DNA from: Bacillota bacterium | GTDB lineage: Bacteria > Bacillota > Clostridia > Lachnospirales > Lachnospiraceae | DNA length: 64,000 nucleotides | Assembly: GCA_023392535.1 (NCBI GenBank) | Contig: JAEVYY010000004.1 | Coordinates: 2,845 to 66,844, forward strand | Reading direction: 5' to 3' | In this document: positions 19,007 through 29,093 of the stretch, in pieces | How the letters are laid out: every line of letters begins with the position of its first letter | Position numbering within the stretch: the first letter of the stretch is position 1 | Position numbers and translations under genes: made by a program | The notes under the pieces: generated by a model | Databases searched by the model: none | Told to the model about the DNA's origin: nothing | Seen by the model: only the letters and a program-made list of their open reading frames with translations

Positions 19007-19921
19007 TTACTTAATCACCGTAGTTGGAAGTTCTTCAGGCAGCGAGATGATATCGGAAGAGGAACGATAATAGGTAAAATTGGTTGAGCTGTTTTCTGGC
19101 AGGAGCAGGTAATCAGTTGGAGTCTTATTTGTAATCTCTTTGAATACGCGGTTAAAAGTACGGACGTTGTTAAATCCGCACATGTAAGAAATATCAGTAA
19201 TTTTTTTATCTGTAGTCATGAGTAAATCAACAGCCTGTGAAATACGTATCGCATTCAGATATTTCACAAAATTAGTCCCAATCAGCATTTTAAATACTTT
19301 AGAAAAGTGACTGGTGCTAAAATTCATCATCTCGGCAGCGTCTTCAATGGTAATCGTATCGCTGTAATGCTCTTCTAAAAAGGATAAAAGGCTCTGAAAG
19401 TCAGAAAGAACGCTCAAACGGCGATTCATCATAATGGATTTTTGGGTATGGGTCGGGAGGTTACGAAGAAGCTGGTACCAGAATCCGCGTATGGATGCAG
19501 TAACGATATCTTGATAGAATCTGTCTCTATGAGATAACTCTTCATCCAATAAGTAGAGTAAATGATGCCATTCTTCTGCCAGATCCCAGGCATCTAATAC
19601 TTCCTTTTTGATATGGGGATTGGAAAAATAATGGTAGTGATAATGGCTGTTGATAATACCGGTATCAAATAACACAAAATCCAAGCAAGACTTATCACTT
19701 CTTGCATTACAGTAATGAATATCTCCGCTATCACAGACAATCAGATCCCCGGCATTTGCACTGATGGTAAAGTTAGTGACATGTAGCGAGACACTACCTT
19801 GTCTTACGTAGATTAACTCTATTTCTTTGTGCCAATGGGCACGAAAACAAATATCGTGATATTTGTTATGCCAAACCATAAAATCTGATTTATAGTTACG
19901 AATTTCATGAAATGCTTTCAT
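19007..19921 (-). CDS. AraC-family transcriptional regulator (cupin sensor + HTH), divergent from fucI
   Basis: C-terminal AraC HTH (ISYMCGFNNVRTFNRVFKEITNKTPTDY) and an N-terminal cupin-like half. ATG at 19921 follows AAGGGGAGG; the longer ORF-track start is rejected. Confidence 0.8.
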   Translation of the reverse strand: MKAFHEIRNYKSDFMVWHNKYHDICFRAHWHKEIELIYVRQGSVSLHVTNFTISANAGDLIVCDSGDIHYCNARSDKSCLDFVLFDTGIINSHYHYHYFSNPHIKKEVLDAWDLAEEWHHLLYLLDEELSHRDRFYQDIVTASIRGFWYQLLRNLPTHTQKSIMMNRRLSVLSDFQSLLSFLEEHYSDTITIEDAAEMMNFSTSHFSKVFKMLIGTNFVKYLNAIRISQAVDLLMTTDKKITDISYMCGFNNVRTFNRVFKEITNKTPTDYLLLPENSSTNFTYYRSSSDIISLPEELPTTVIK

Positions 19922-20126
19922 CCATGCCTCCCCTTTAAAGGATAAGAATTTTCTACTTTTGTACATTATACACAAAAATAAATGGAAAATCCAACTAAAT
20001 AACAAATAATGTCTATATATGAATACTTATATTCGTGCAAATAAAGAAAGAAATAGTTATAATTGTATGTGAGTAATGAAGGAAATTTAAAGTTATTAGA
20101 CAAAAATAACAATGGAGGTAAGAAAG

Positions 20127-21929
20127 ATGGCAGTAAAGAGAATCGTTGGAGAATATCCGGTAATTGGAATCAGACCTACGATAGATGGAAGGAGAGGTGC
20201 CTTAAAAGTAAGAGAATCCCTGGAAGAACAAACAATGAATATGGCGAGATCAGCAGCCAGATTATTTGAGGATCATTTAAGATATTCGAATGGAGAACCT
20301 GTTAAAGTCATTATTTCAGATACGACCATCGGGCGTGTTGCAGAGGCGGCGGCTTGTGAGGATCAGTTTAAAAAAGCAGGTGTTACAATTACTTTAACAG
20401 TGACACCATGCTGGTGTTATGGATCGGAAACGATGGACATGGATCCGATGACGATAAAGGGCGTATGGGGATTTAATGGGACAGAAAGACCAGGTGCGGT
20501 ATATTTGGCTGCTGTATTAGCCGGACATGCACAAAAAGGATTACCTGCATTTGGTATTTATGGACAGGATGTTCAGGATGCGGATGATACCGATATTCCG
20601 GAAGATGTTAGAAAGAAATTACTTCGTTTCGCTCGCGCAGCGGTAGCGGCGGCAAGTATGAGGGGGAAATCCTATTTACAAATTGGTTCTATCTGCATGG
20701 GGATTGCAGGTTCTATTATTGATGTGGATTTTTTTGAAGAATACCTCGGAATGAGAGTAGAATCCGTAGATGAAGTCGAAATTATACGTAGAATGACTGA
20801 AAATATTTATGACCAAAAAGAATACCAGAAAGCTCTTGCCTGGACCAAGGAAAAATGCAAAGAAGGCTATGATAAAAATCCTGCTTATGCCCAAAAATCT
20901 AGGGAAGAGAAAGATAAGGACTGGGAATTTGTTGTTAAGATGATGTGTATTATTAAAGACCTTATGAATGGAAATAAAAATCTTCCAACAGGATATGAGG
21001 AAGAAATGGTCGGTCATAATGCAATTGCTGCAGGATTTCAAGGACAAAGACAATGGACAGATTTTTATCCGAACTGTGATTTTCCAGAGGCAATGTTAAA
21101 TTCTTCTTTTGATTGGAGCGGAGCAAGAGAACCCTATATTTTGGCTACAGAAAATGATACATTGAATGGCACAGGAATGCTATTTGCTAAATTATTGACA
21201 AATACCGCTCAGATTTTTGCAGATGTCAGAACCTATTGGAGCCCGGAAGCAGTAAAAAAAGCAACTGGATATGAATTGGAGGGAGTAGCGAAGCAATCAG
21301 GAGGTTTCATCCACTTAATTAATTCCGGAGCGGCTTGTCTGGATGCCTGCGGAGAAGTAAAGGATGGAAATGGAAGCGGCATCATCAAGCCATTCTGGGA
21401 AATTTCAGAGCATGATATCGATGCTTGTCTGAAAGCCACGACCTTTAATGCAGCAGATCAGGGATATTTCAGAGGAGGTGGATACTCTTCCAGATTTTTA
21501 ACGAGAGCAGAAATGCCTTGCACTATGATTCGGTTGAATATCGTAAAAGGACTTGGACCGGTTCTTCAGATAGCGGAGGGATGGACTGTGAATTTACCGG
21601 ATGAAGTATCCGATAAGCTGTGGAAAAGAACAGATTATACTTGGCCGTGTACTTGGTTTGCGCCAAGGACAACAGGAACTGGAGCATTTGCAACTGCATA
21701 TGATGTCATGAACAATTGGGGGGCTAACCATGGCGCAATTAGCTACGGGCATATAGGAGCAGACCTAATTACACTGTGTTCTATTCTTCGCATTCCAGTT
21801 TGCATGCATAATGTTCCAGAGGAAGATATTTTCAGGCCTGCCGTCTGGAATGCCTTTGGTATGGACAAAGAAGGGCAGGATTTTAGAGCATGCCATACAT
21901 ATGGACCAATGTATAAGACAATGCGATAA
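20127..21929 (+). CDS. fucI: L-fucose isomerase
   Basis: About 600 aa. N-terminal [12 protein letters not shown] block and overall FucI-like length. ATG at 20127 follows GGAGGT. Confidence 0.85.
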   Translation: MAVKRIVGEYPVIGIRPTIDGRRGALKVRESLEEQTMNMARSAARLFEDHLRYSNGEPVKVIISDTTIGRVAEAAACEDQFKKAGVTITLTVTPCWCYGSETMDMDPMTIKGVWGFNGTERPGAVYLAAVLAGHAQKGLPAFGIYGQDVQDADDTDIPEDVRKKLLRFARAAVAAASMRGKSYLQIGSICMGIAGSIIDVDFFEEYLGMRVESVDEVEIIRRMTENIYDQKEYQKALAWTKEKCKEGYDKNPAYAQKSREEKDKDWEFVVKMMCIIKDLMNGNKNLPTGYEEEMVGHNAIAAGFQGQRQWTDFYPNCDFPEAMLNSSFDWSGAREPYILATENDTLNGTGMLFAKLLTNTAQIFADVRTYWSPEAVKKATGYELEGVAKQSGGFIHLINSGAACLDACGEVKDGNGSGIIKPFWEISEHDIDACLKATTFNAADQGYFRGGGYSSRFLTRAEMPCTMIRLNIVKGLGPVLQIAEGWTVNLPDEVSDKLWKRTDYTWPCTWFAPRTTGTGAFATAYDVMNNWGANHGAISYGHIGADLITLCSILRIPVCMHNVPEEDIFRPAVWNAFGMDKEGQDFRACHTYGPMYKTMR

Positions 21930-21944
21930 AATAGGAGCAGTATC

Positions 21945-23429
21945 ATGGGAAAAGAAAAAAGAGTACTTGCGTTTGATTACGGCGCAAGCAGCGGCAGGGC
22001 AATTATCGGTAAATTTGATGGAGAAAGTATTACATTAGAAGAAATACATCGATTTGCAAATGAGCCAGTAACGGTAAAAGGAACCGTGTATTGGGATATT
22101 TTACGTTTATACCATGAGCTCAAGCAAGGGCTTATAAAGGCTAAACTTTACGGTGGTGTTGACAGTATCGGAATCGATACATGGGGAGTGGATTTTGGTC
22201 TATTGGAGACAAGAGGTAATCTGATCGAGAATCCAGTTCATTATAGAGATGGTAGAACCAAAGGCATGTTGGAGGAAAGCTTCCGATCGCTTGAGAAGGA
22301 TATTTTTTATGAGATTACTGGAAATCAGTTTATGGAACTCAACACAGCATTCCAATTATTATCCATTGTGAAAAATAGGCCGGAGCTCTTAGCAAGGACT
22401 GATAAACTACTATTGATTCCAGATCTTTTGAATTACTTTTTGACTGGAATAAAAAGGGCTGAATGTTCCATCGCATCTACTACACAGCTAATGAATATAA
22501 AAGAAAAGTGCTGGTCAAAACAAGTGCTGGAATCCTTGCAGATTCCTGGTCATATTTTTCCACAGATCATAAAGAGCGGCACCAGACTTGGCAAGTTGCT
22601 TCCAGAGGTATGCGAAGAATTAGAGATAGGAAGTATGGATGTCATCGCTGTTGCCAGCCATGATACACAGAGCGCACTTGTCAGCGTTCCTGCAGAGGAA
22701 GAAGATTTTATTTTTATTAGTTGCGGTACGTGGTCGCTTTTTGGAACAGAGGTTTCTACACCTATTATCAATGCCAAATCGGCTCAAATGAATATCACTA
22801 ATGAATTAGGAGCAGAAGGAAAAGTATCTTTTTTAAAAAATATTATTGGATTGTGGCTCATACAGGAAAGCAGACGTCAATGGAGCCGTGAAGGGAAAGA
22901 ATATGCCTTTGGAGAGCTCGATAAAATGGCGTCAGAGGAAGAGGCATTTCGGTGCTTTATCGATCCGGATGCACCTGAATTTGTAATGGCAGGAAATATA
23001 CCCAAAAGAATACGTGCTTTCTGCGAAAGAACAGGACAGAGGAGTCCAGAAACGCCAGGTCAGTTCGTAAGATGCATTCATGAAAGTCTTGCATTTAAGT
23101 ATCGTGATACCTTATTCGAAATTCAGGCTTGTACAGGAAAAGAATATGAGAGTATTTATATAGTAGGAGGCGGTACAAAAAGCAGGCTGCTTAGTCAAAT
23201 GACAGCAAATGCCTGTCATAAAAAGGTATCGTCCGGACCGATAGAAGCAACGGTATATGGAAATATCGCTTTGCAATTAATTGCGGCAGGAAAAATAAAA
23301 GATATAAAAGATGCCAGAAAAAAGATCAGAGACTCTGCAAAAATTCAAATGTTCTTACCACAAGAAAAAGAGGTATGGGAAAATGCTTATCAGCGATATC
23401 AAGAAGTGGTTTTGAATACAGCAAGATAA
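21945..23429 (+). CDS. fucK: FGGY-family sugar kinase, rhamnulokinase-like; L-fuculokinase by context
   Basis: FDYGASSGR N-terminal ATPase motif and GIDTWGVDF. It is a paralog of the rhaB-like gene at 55716 and lies immediately downstream of fucI. Confidence 0.7.
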   Translation: MGKEKRVLAFDYGASSGRAIIGKFDGESITLEEIHRFANEPVTVKGTVYWDILRLYHELKQGLIKAKLYGGVDSIGIDTWGVDFGLLETRGNLIENPVHYRDGRTKGMLEESFRSLEKDIFYEITGNQFMELNTAFQLLSIVKNRPELLARTDKLLLIPDLLNYFLTGIKRAECSIASTTQLMNIKEKCWSKQVLESLQIPGHIFPQIIKSGTRLGKLLPEVCEELEIGSMDVIAVASHDTQSALVSVPAEEEDFIFISCGTWSLFGTEVSTPIINAKSAQMNITNELGAEGKVSFLKNIIGLWLIQESRRQWSREGKEYAFGELDKMASEEEAFRCFIDPDAPEFVMAGNIPKRIRAFCERTGQRSPETPGQFVRCIHESLAFKYRDTLFEIQACTGKEYESIYIVGGGTKSRLLSQMTANACHKKVSSGPIEATVYGNIALQLIAAGKIKDIKDARKKIRDSAKIQMFLPQEKEVWENAYQRYQEVVLNTAR

Positions 23430-23442
23430 GGAATAAGAATAT

Positions 23443-25236
23443 ATGAAAAAGAAAGCAGATGGCTTAAAAACACTATTCCAGTTCAAAAGTATACGGACAA
23501 CGATCCTATTTATTTTTGTTGCACTAATTTCAGCTACGGTTCTCATTTATATGTTCATTTCGGTTACTCAGAATCGGGAAACGGTGCTGGAAACATCTAC
23601 AGAATATACACAGCAACTCGTAAATATGGTAAATGGGGATATTGATTCCTACTTTATTACTATGAAAAATATAGCCCAGTTGATCATGAACAGCGCAGAT
23701 GTAGAAAATTATTTACGAACGGAACAGAAAAGTGAGATACAGTACAAAAATTATGAAAAAAAAACAGAAGAACAATTTGGAATCTTAAAGGATACGCGAG
23801 ATGATATCTATAATATTGGCATCATCGGAGAAAATGGTACTTGCTTTATAAACAATTCAAAGGTAGAGATAAATCCATACGCAGATTTCAATGATACCGA
23901 CTGGTATAAAAATGCTATGAGCGGTGAAGAGGTCATTACATCATCTCATGTGCAGAACATGGTAAGAGGTGAATACAAATGGGTGGTAACACTTAGTCAA
24001 GGTATTAAAAATGCAAACACTGGTAAGATAGAAGGAATCCTATTCATAGATTTAAATTATCGTTCTATCAGTAGCTTATGTGAAAAAATCAGTCTTGGAA
24101 GTAAAGGATATGTCTTTATATTAGATGAGAATGGAAAGATTATATATCACCCGAAGCAACAATTATTATATAGTGGTGTACAAAAGGAAGAAATAAGCAA
24201 GATCTTGCAAAATAAGACAGGAAGTTTTACAACAGAAGAGGGAGAGCGGTTGTATACAATTTCTAAATCCAATACGACGGGCTGGACAGTGGTAGGAGTA
24301 GCGTATTTGAAGGAAATGATGGAAAAAAGCAACCGGACACAAAGGGTGTACATCTTACTTGCGATCGGACTGATTGGAGCAGCCTCAATAGTTTCCATGT
24401 TCCTATCCAATACGATAACAAGACCAATCAGGGAATTACGTGCTTCAATGAAAAAAGTAGAGGATGGGAATCTGGAAATACAACTTTTGAATCCGGATTA
24501 TAGTAATGAAATTGCAGATTTGATCTATTCATTTAATATTATGATAGGAAGGATCAAGCAATTAGTGCAACGTAATATGGCAGAGCAAAAAGAAAAGAGA
24601 AAAAGCGAATTACGTGCATTGCAAGCACAGATAAATCCTCATTTTTTGTATAATACATTGGATTCCATTATTTGGATGGCTGAGAGTAGCAAGATGTCAG
24701 AGGTCATATTGATGACCTCTTCTCTTGCAAAACTACTGAGAAGGAGTATCAGTAACCAGGAGGAATTTGTAAAAGTTGCAGATGAGATAGATTATGTGAA
24801 TGAATATCTGAAAATTCAAAAAATGAGGTATCATGATAAATTGGATTATGTGATAGAAATAGATGAGAACATTTCACATATACCAGTTGCAAAGCTTATC
24901 GTACAGCCACTTGTAGAAAATGCGATTTATCATGGAATTAAAGTGAAGGAAGGAAAAGGATTGATTCGTATAACGGGAGTGAAGGAGGAGGGTAAGACTG
25001 TAATTAAAGTATCTGACAATGGTGCCGGCATGGATCAAGAAGCGCTGCTCCATTTATTTGAAGAGAAAAAAATTGAAGACACTAGAAAGGTTGGCGTCCT
25101 TAACGTACATAGGCGTATTCAATTGTACTACGGAATAGAATATGGTCTGCAGTATGTGAGTGCTCCAATGGTGGGAACAACGGTAAGTATCATATTCCCT
25201 TTTGAAAGCTTAAATGAAGAGAGGATGAAAAGTTGA
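23443..25236 (+). CDS. sensor histidine kinase, YesM/LytS-type (two TM segments, extracytoplasmic Cache-like domain, HAMP, His_kinase, HATPase)
   Basis: NPHFLYNTL H-box typical of the PF06580 type, and a VSDNGAGM ATPase block. TM segments lie near residues 20-40 and 305-325. Confidence 0.8.
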   Translation: MKKKADGLKTLFQFKSIRTTILFIFVALISATVLIYMFISVTQNRETVLETSTEYTQQLVNMVNGDIDSYFITMKNIAQLIMNSADVENYLRTEQKSEIQYKNYEKKTEEQFGILKDTRDDIYNIGIIGENGTCFINNSKVEINPYADFNDTDWYKNAMSGEEVITSSHVQNMVRGEYKWVVTLSQGIKNANTGKIEGILFIDLNYRSISSLCEKISLGSKGYVFILDENGKIIYHPKQQLLYSGVQKEEISKILQNKTGSFTTEEGERLYTISKSNTTGWTVVGVAYLKEMMEKSNRTQRVYILLAIGLIGAASIVSMFLSNTITRPIRELRASMKKVEDGNLEIQLLNPDYSNEIADLIYSFNIMIGRIKQLVQRNMAEQKEKRKSELRALQAQINPHFLYNTLDSIIWMAESSKMSEVILMTSSLAKLLRRSISNQEEFVKVADEIDYVNEYLKIQKMRYHDKLDYVIEIDENISHIPVAKLIVQPLVENAIYHGIKVKEGKGLIRITGVKEEGKTVIKVSDNGAGMDQEALLHLFEEKKIEDTRKVGVLNVHRRIQLYYGIEYGLQYVSAPMVGTTVSIIFPFESLNEERMKS

Positions 25237-26258
25237 AGGTAAGTAGAATAGGATATGCAATGGGTATGAGAATCAATAGAAGAAATAAAAAATGGAAAGT
25301 GCTGCTTAGTATTTTTCTTATAATATTGATCCTATGTGGCATCATGTTAATGGTGGGAAAAGATAAGAATGATTCCATCTATGTGATATATATTCCTAAA
25401 ACGCAAATCAGCAGTAATGATTTTTGGTCTTCCATTCGGGCAGGAGCAGAGACGGCAGCAAAGGAAAATAATGTGAATTTAGAAATCAATTCACCAAAAG
25501 ATGAAATGCATATCGAGGAACAAAATGCATTGATCCGAGATGCAATCCAAAAAAATCCGGATGCCATAGTAGTCTCTCCGTCTTCAAAAACAGAAAATGC
25601 AGAAGCATTGGAAGAAGTTAATAAAGCTGGAATCCCCCTTATTCTTGTAGATTCTACAACCAATAAGCCTATTGCAGAAGGCATTGTAGCAACGGATAAT
25701 GTAGCTGCGGGATCTAAAATGGCAGAGCCGATGCTAGCTACACTCAATAAAGATTCCAAAATTGCTATTGTAAGTCATGTTAAAAATTCCTCTACGGCCA
25801 TAGAGAGAGAAAATGGATTCAAACAGGCACTTGGAATCTACAAATCGCAGATTGTCGGCATTGTGTATAGTAATTCTATGGAGGAGATTGGTTATAAGGT
25901 GACAAAAGATTTGTTAATGGACGAACCGGAGATCGATTATCTGGCTTGTCTAAATGAGGATTCTGCGGTTGGAGCGGCTAGAGCGGTTAGGGAGTTGGGG
26001 CTTGTCGGAAAGATCTGTATTGTTGGATTTGATAATTCAACAGAAGAAATTGAAAGATTGGAAGAAGGTCTGTTTAGCGCGATCGTAGTTCAGAAGGCAT
26101 TTAGTATGGGATACTTTGGCATTGAAAATGCAGCAAAAGTAGTTCGTGGAGAGAAAGTTGAATATTCCGTGGATTCGGGTTCCGTATTAATCACAAAAGA
26201 AAATATGTATGATGAAGAAAACCAAGAGTTATTATTTCCCTTCTATTGGCAGGAATAG
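25233..26258 (+). CDS. membrane-anchored periplasmic-binding-protein-fold sugar sensor (XylFII-like partner of the kinase)
   Basis: N-terminal TM anchor (VLLSIFLIILILCGIMLMV) and an RbsB/LacI-type binding fold (IYIPKT..., VDSTT, IVGFDNS). Overlaps the kinase stop. The start is uncertain (TTG 25233, ATG 25260 or ATG 25266). Confidence 0.65.
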   Translation: MKVSRIGYAMGMRINRRNKKWKVLLSIFLIILILCGIMLMVGKDKNDSIYVIYIPKTQISSNDFWSSIRAGAETAAKENNVNLEINSPKDEMHIEEQNALIRDAIQKNPDAIVVSPSSKTENAEALEEVNKAGIPLILVDSTTNKPIAEGIVATDNVAAGSKMAEPMLATLNKDSKIAIVSHVKNSSTAIERENGFKQALGIYKSQIVGIVYSNSMEEIGYKVTKDLLMDEPEIDYLACLNEDSAVGAARAVRELGLVGKICIVGFDNSTEEIERLEEGLFSAIVVQKAFSMGYFGIENAAKVVRGEKVEYSVDSGSVLITKENMYDEENQELLFPFYWQE

Positions 26259-26312
26259 ATCAAAGGAGATAGGTTTGTGTAAGTAGAAGACGATACAAAT
26301 GGGGGATTACAT

Positions 26313-27938
26313 ATGTATAAGGTGTTATTTGCAGATGATGAGATCTTGACCCGAGAGGCGATCACGGAGAATACACCGTGGGAAGAGACAGGATTTACAC
26401 TGATGGGGACGGCGCAAAACGGGAAAGAAGCGATTGAATTAATGGAAAATAGTAGGCCGGATTTGCTAATTACAGATATCTGTATGCCTATTATGGATGG
26501 TATCGAATTATCAAAGTTCGTTAAAAACAATTACCCAGAAATTCAAGTGGTAATTTTAAGTGGATATGATGAATTTGAATATGCCAAGCAAGCACTTAAA
26601 AATGGAGTTGCAGAGTATATTTTGAAACCAATTACATCGCTTGAATTAAAGGAGGAGCTCCTGAAGTTTAAAGATAAGATAGATAAGGCAAATAATCAAA
26701 AATGCCATGTTGAAAAAATACAAAGAGCATATGAAAAAAATATGCCTGTCGTACGTGAACATTTTTTAAATCGTTTACTGGAAGGAAATATATCGAAGGA
26801 ACAAATAGTGAAACGACTGGAATATTTTAATATTAATTTAGCAGGTACTTATCAGGCAGTTGCCTTTGTAGAGATAGAAGACGCTACAGAAATCCTAAAA
26901 TTATATCCTGGAATTCCAGAGAATCTTATGCAGTTCGCGATTGCAAATATTGCAAATGAAGTATTGGAAAATGAGACAAGGACAATTACCTTTCAAAATG
27001 TAAATGATACTTGTGTTGTAATATATATGGAAGAAAGTGAGAACAAATTACAAAAGCTGATATACAAAACAGGAAACAATATCAGGGAAGAAATGCAACG
27101 ATGCATGAAAACAAATGTGTATATTGCAGTTGGTGAGACGGTACATGCACCGACACAATGGAAAAAATCTTATGAAAGTGCCAGACATGCAAAGGAATTT
27201 AAATATTTATTAGAAGAACCTGTTTTTATTTTCAAAAAAGACTATAGAAAGGCAGAATACAGGACAGAGCAGTTCAATATGGAAATGAATGAGTGGATCG
27301 ATAAATTGGTTCTATCCATAAAAGCAAATCAAAAAGAGGTGTTAGAGAAAACAATACGGGATTTATTTAAAAAAATTTCTGACGCTAAATATGAGAGGCA
27401 GGATGCTTGTCTGCAGATTCAAAACTGTGTGCTTTCTATTGCCATTAAACTGGAAGAAATGGGATTGGAATTGCCCAATCATGCGGAGCGAGAAACTTCC
27501 TTTATGAATAAACTACATAGCTATAAAAAAATATCTATGATAGAGGAAAAATTCAGTGCATTTTGTTTGGAGTTGACCGATATCATTGCAAGTAAGAAAG
27601 AAGATTCCAATCAGACCATGGCAGAACTGGCAATTGATTATATGATTAAAAATTTTAATAATCCCGAGTTGTCTCTAAATATGGTCTGTGAATATCTAAG
27701 CGTGAGTGTAAGTTATTTCAGTATGATATTTAAGAATTATACAAAAGAGACATTTATAGAAATGCTGACGAAAGTACGTATGGAAAAAGCAAAAAAAATG
27801 TTCCAAACAACAAGGAAGAAAAATTATGAAGTATCTGAGGCAGTAGGATATAATGATCCGCATTATTTTGGAGTTATCTTTAAAAAATATACCGGAATGA
27901 CGCCTACCGAATATATAAGAACAATTAACATAAGTTAA
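26313..27938 (+). CDS. response regulator with AraC-type HTH output (YesN-like)
   Basis: REC domain (DLLITDICMPIMDG) and a C-terminal AraC HTH (AVGYNDPHYFGVIFKKYTGMTPTEY). Confidence 0.85.
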   Translation: MYKVLFADDEILTREAITENTPWEETGFTLMGTAQNGKEAIELMENSRPDLLITDICMPIMDGIELSKFVKNNYPEIQVVILSGYDEFEYAKQALKNGVAEYILKPITSLELKEELLKFKDKIDKANNQKCHVEKIQRAYEKNMPVVREHFLNRLLEGNISKEQIVKRLEYFNINLAGTYQAVAFVEIEDATEILKLYPGIPENLMQFAIANIANEVLENETRTITFQNVNDTCVVIYMEESENKLQKLIYKTGNNIREEMQRCMKTNVYIAVGETVHAPTQWKKSYESARHAKEFKYLLEEPVFIFKKDYRKAEYRTEQFNMEMNEWIDKLVLSIKANQKEVLEKTIRDLFKKISDAKYERQDACLQIQNCVLSIAIKLEEMGLELPNHAERETSFMNKLHSYKKISMIEEKFSAFCLELTDIIASKKEDSNQTMAELAIDYMIKNFNNPELSLNMVCEYLSVSVSYFSMIFKNYTKETFIEMLTKVRMEKAKKMFQTTRKKNYEVSEAVGYNDPHYFGVIFKKYTGMTPTEYIRTINIS

Positions 27939-27953
27939 TAAAAAATTGTGAAA

Positions 27954-27995
27954 GAAATGGGTAATATTTTCAGAAAGGAAAATATTACCCATTTC
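27954..27995 (+). terminator. perfect 18-bp stem-loop between the response regulator and the ABC transporter genes (weak U-tract)
   Basis: gaaatgggtaatattttc-agaaag-gaaaatattacccatttc. Only TAATAG follows, so intrinsic termination efficiency is uncertain. Confidence 0.45.
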
Positions 27996-28071
27996 TAATA
28001 GAATATTCCATTAAAATAGGGACAGAGAAAATATATAATTTTCATATCTGATAAACAAGGAGGAATAAAAG

Positions 28072-29055
28072 GTGGAGAAGTTTAAGAACAACCCAATTGT
28101 CAAGAAGATAGGGTTTAACAGAATTGTGTTATGCTGTGTACTTATTTTGCTTTATGCATTTTTTGCTGTTATGAGTCCTACCTTTCTGAGCTATTCCAGA
28201 ATATTAAGTGCGTTGAATTATGCATACTTTTTAGGATTTTTAGCACTTGGGGTCACATTTGTTATTGCAACTGGAGGAATTGATTTTTCCATCGGTCCCG
28301 TCATGTTCTGTGTAGCTTTGATTTCAGGACAAATGCTTACGAAATATGGAATAGCATTGCCGATTTGTATGATGGTAAGTGTCTGTGTGGGTCTGGCCTT
28401 TGGTATCCTAAATGGATATTTAGTAGCTTATTGTGGACTTCCTTCTTTCATTACATCAATGGCCATTATGATGATGGCAAAAGGGGTAGGATCTGTATTT
28501 ACGAAAACACAATCAGTCAGTTGGCCACAAAGCTCACAGCCAGGTGGCTGGTATAGAAACTTAATAAAAATGAAGATTGGACAAATTCAATTTCCAACCG
28601 GATTACTGATTCTTATTTTTGCAGCTGTTGTTTGTGCAATTGTATTAAATAAAACAAAGGCAGGACGTTATATATTGTGTCTGGGAAGTAACAGAGAAGC
28701 TGTCCGGTTATCGGGTGTCAATGTCAAAAAGTGGGAAATGATTGCTTATATGATCTGTGGGATGATGGCAGGTATCGCAGCAATTTTTTATGTGGGAGCG
28801 TATACAACAGTGCAGCCAGGGCTTGGAGATACCTTTAATAATGAGGCCATTGCAGGATGTGTTATGGGCGGAACATCGATGGCAGGAGGCCTGGCTTCTA
28901 TCAGCGGTACTTTTATTGGTGTCATGATCATTTCCTTATTGCAAGAGGGAATTTTGGCGATGGGATTCCAAAAAGATTACCAGTATGTATTGACCGGGCT
29001 TATTGTATTGGCAGCAGTATATGCGGATATCAGAAGCAGAAGGAGAAAAAATTGA
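28072..29055 (+). CDS. monosaccharide ABC transporter permease (RbsC/AraH family)
   Basis: Multi-TM protein with TGGIDFSIG and LGSNREAVRLSGVNV blocks. GTG start 9 nt after AAGGAGGA. Confidence 0.8.
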   Translation: MEKFKNNPIVKKIGFNRIVLCCVLILLYAFFAVMSPTFLSYSRILSALNYAYFLGFLALGVTFVIATGGIDFSIGPVMFCVALISGQMLTKYGIALPICMMVSVCVGLAFGILNGYLVAYCGLPSFITSMAIMMMAKGVGSVFTKTQSVSWPQSSQPGGWYRNLIKMKIGQIQFPTGLLILIFAAVVCAIVLNKTKAGRYILCLGSNREAVRLSGVNVKKWEMIAYMICGMMAGIAAIFYVGAYTTVQPGLGDTFNNEAIAGCVMGGTSMAGGLASISGTFIGVMIISLLQEGILAMGFQKDYQYVLTGLIVLAAVYADIRSRRRKN

Positions 29056-29093
29056 TCAAAGGAAGTATCTAAGAGAGGATAGAAGGTGAAAAC

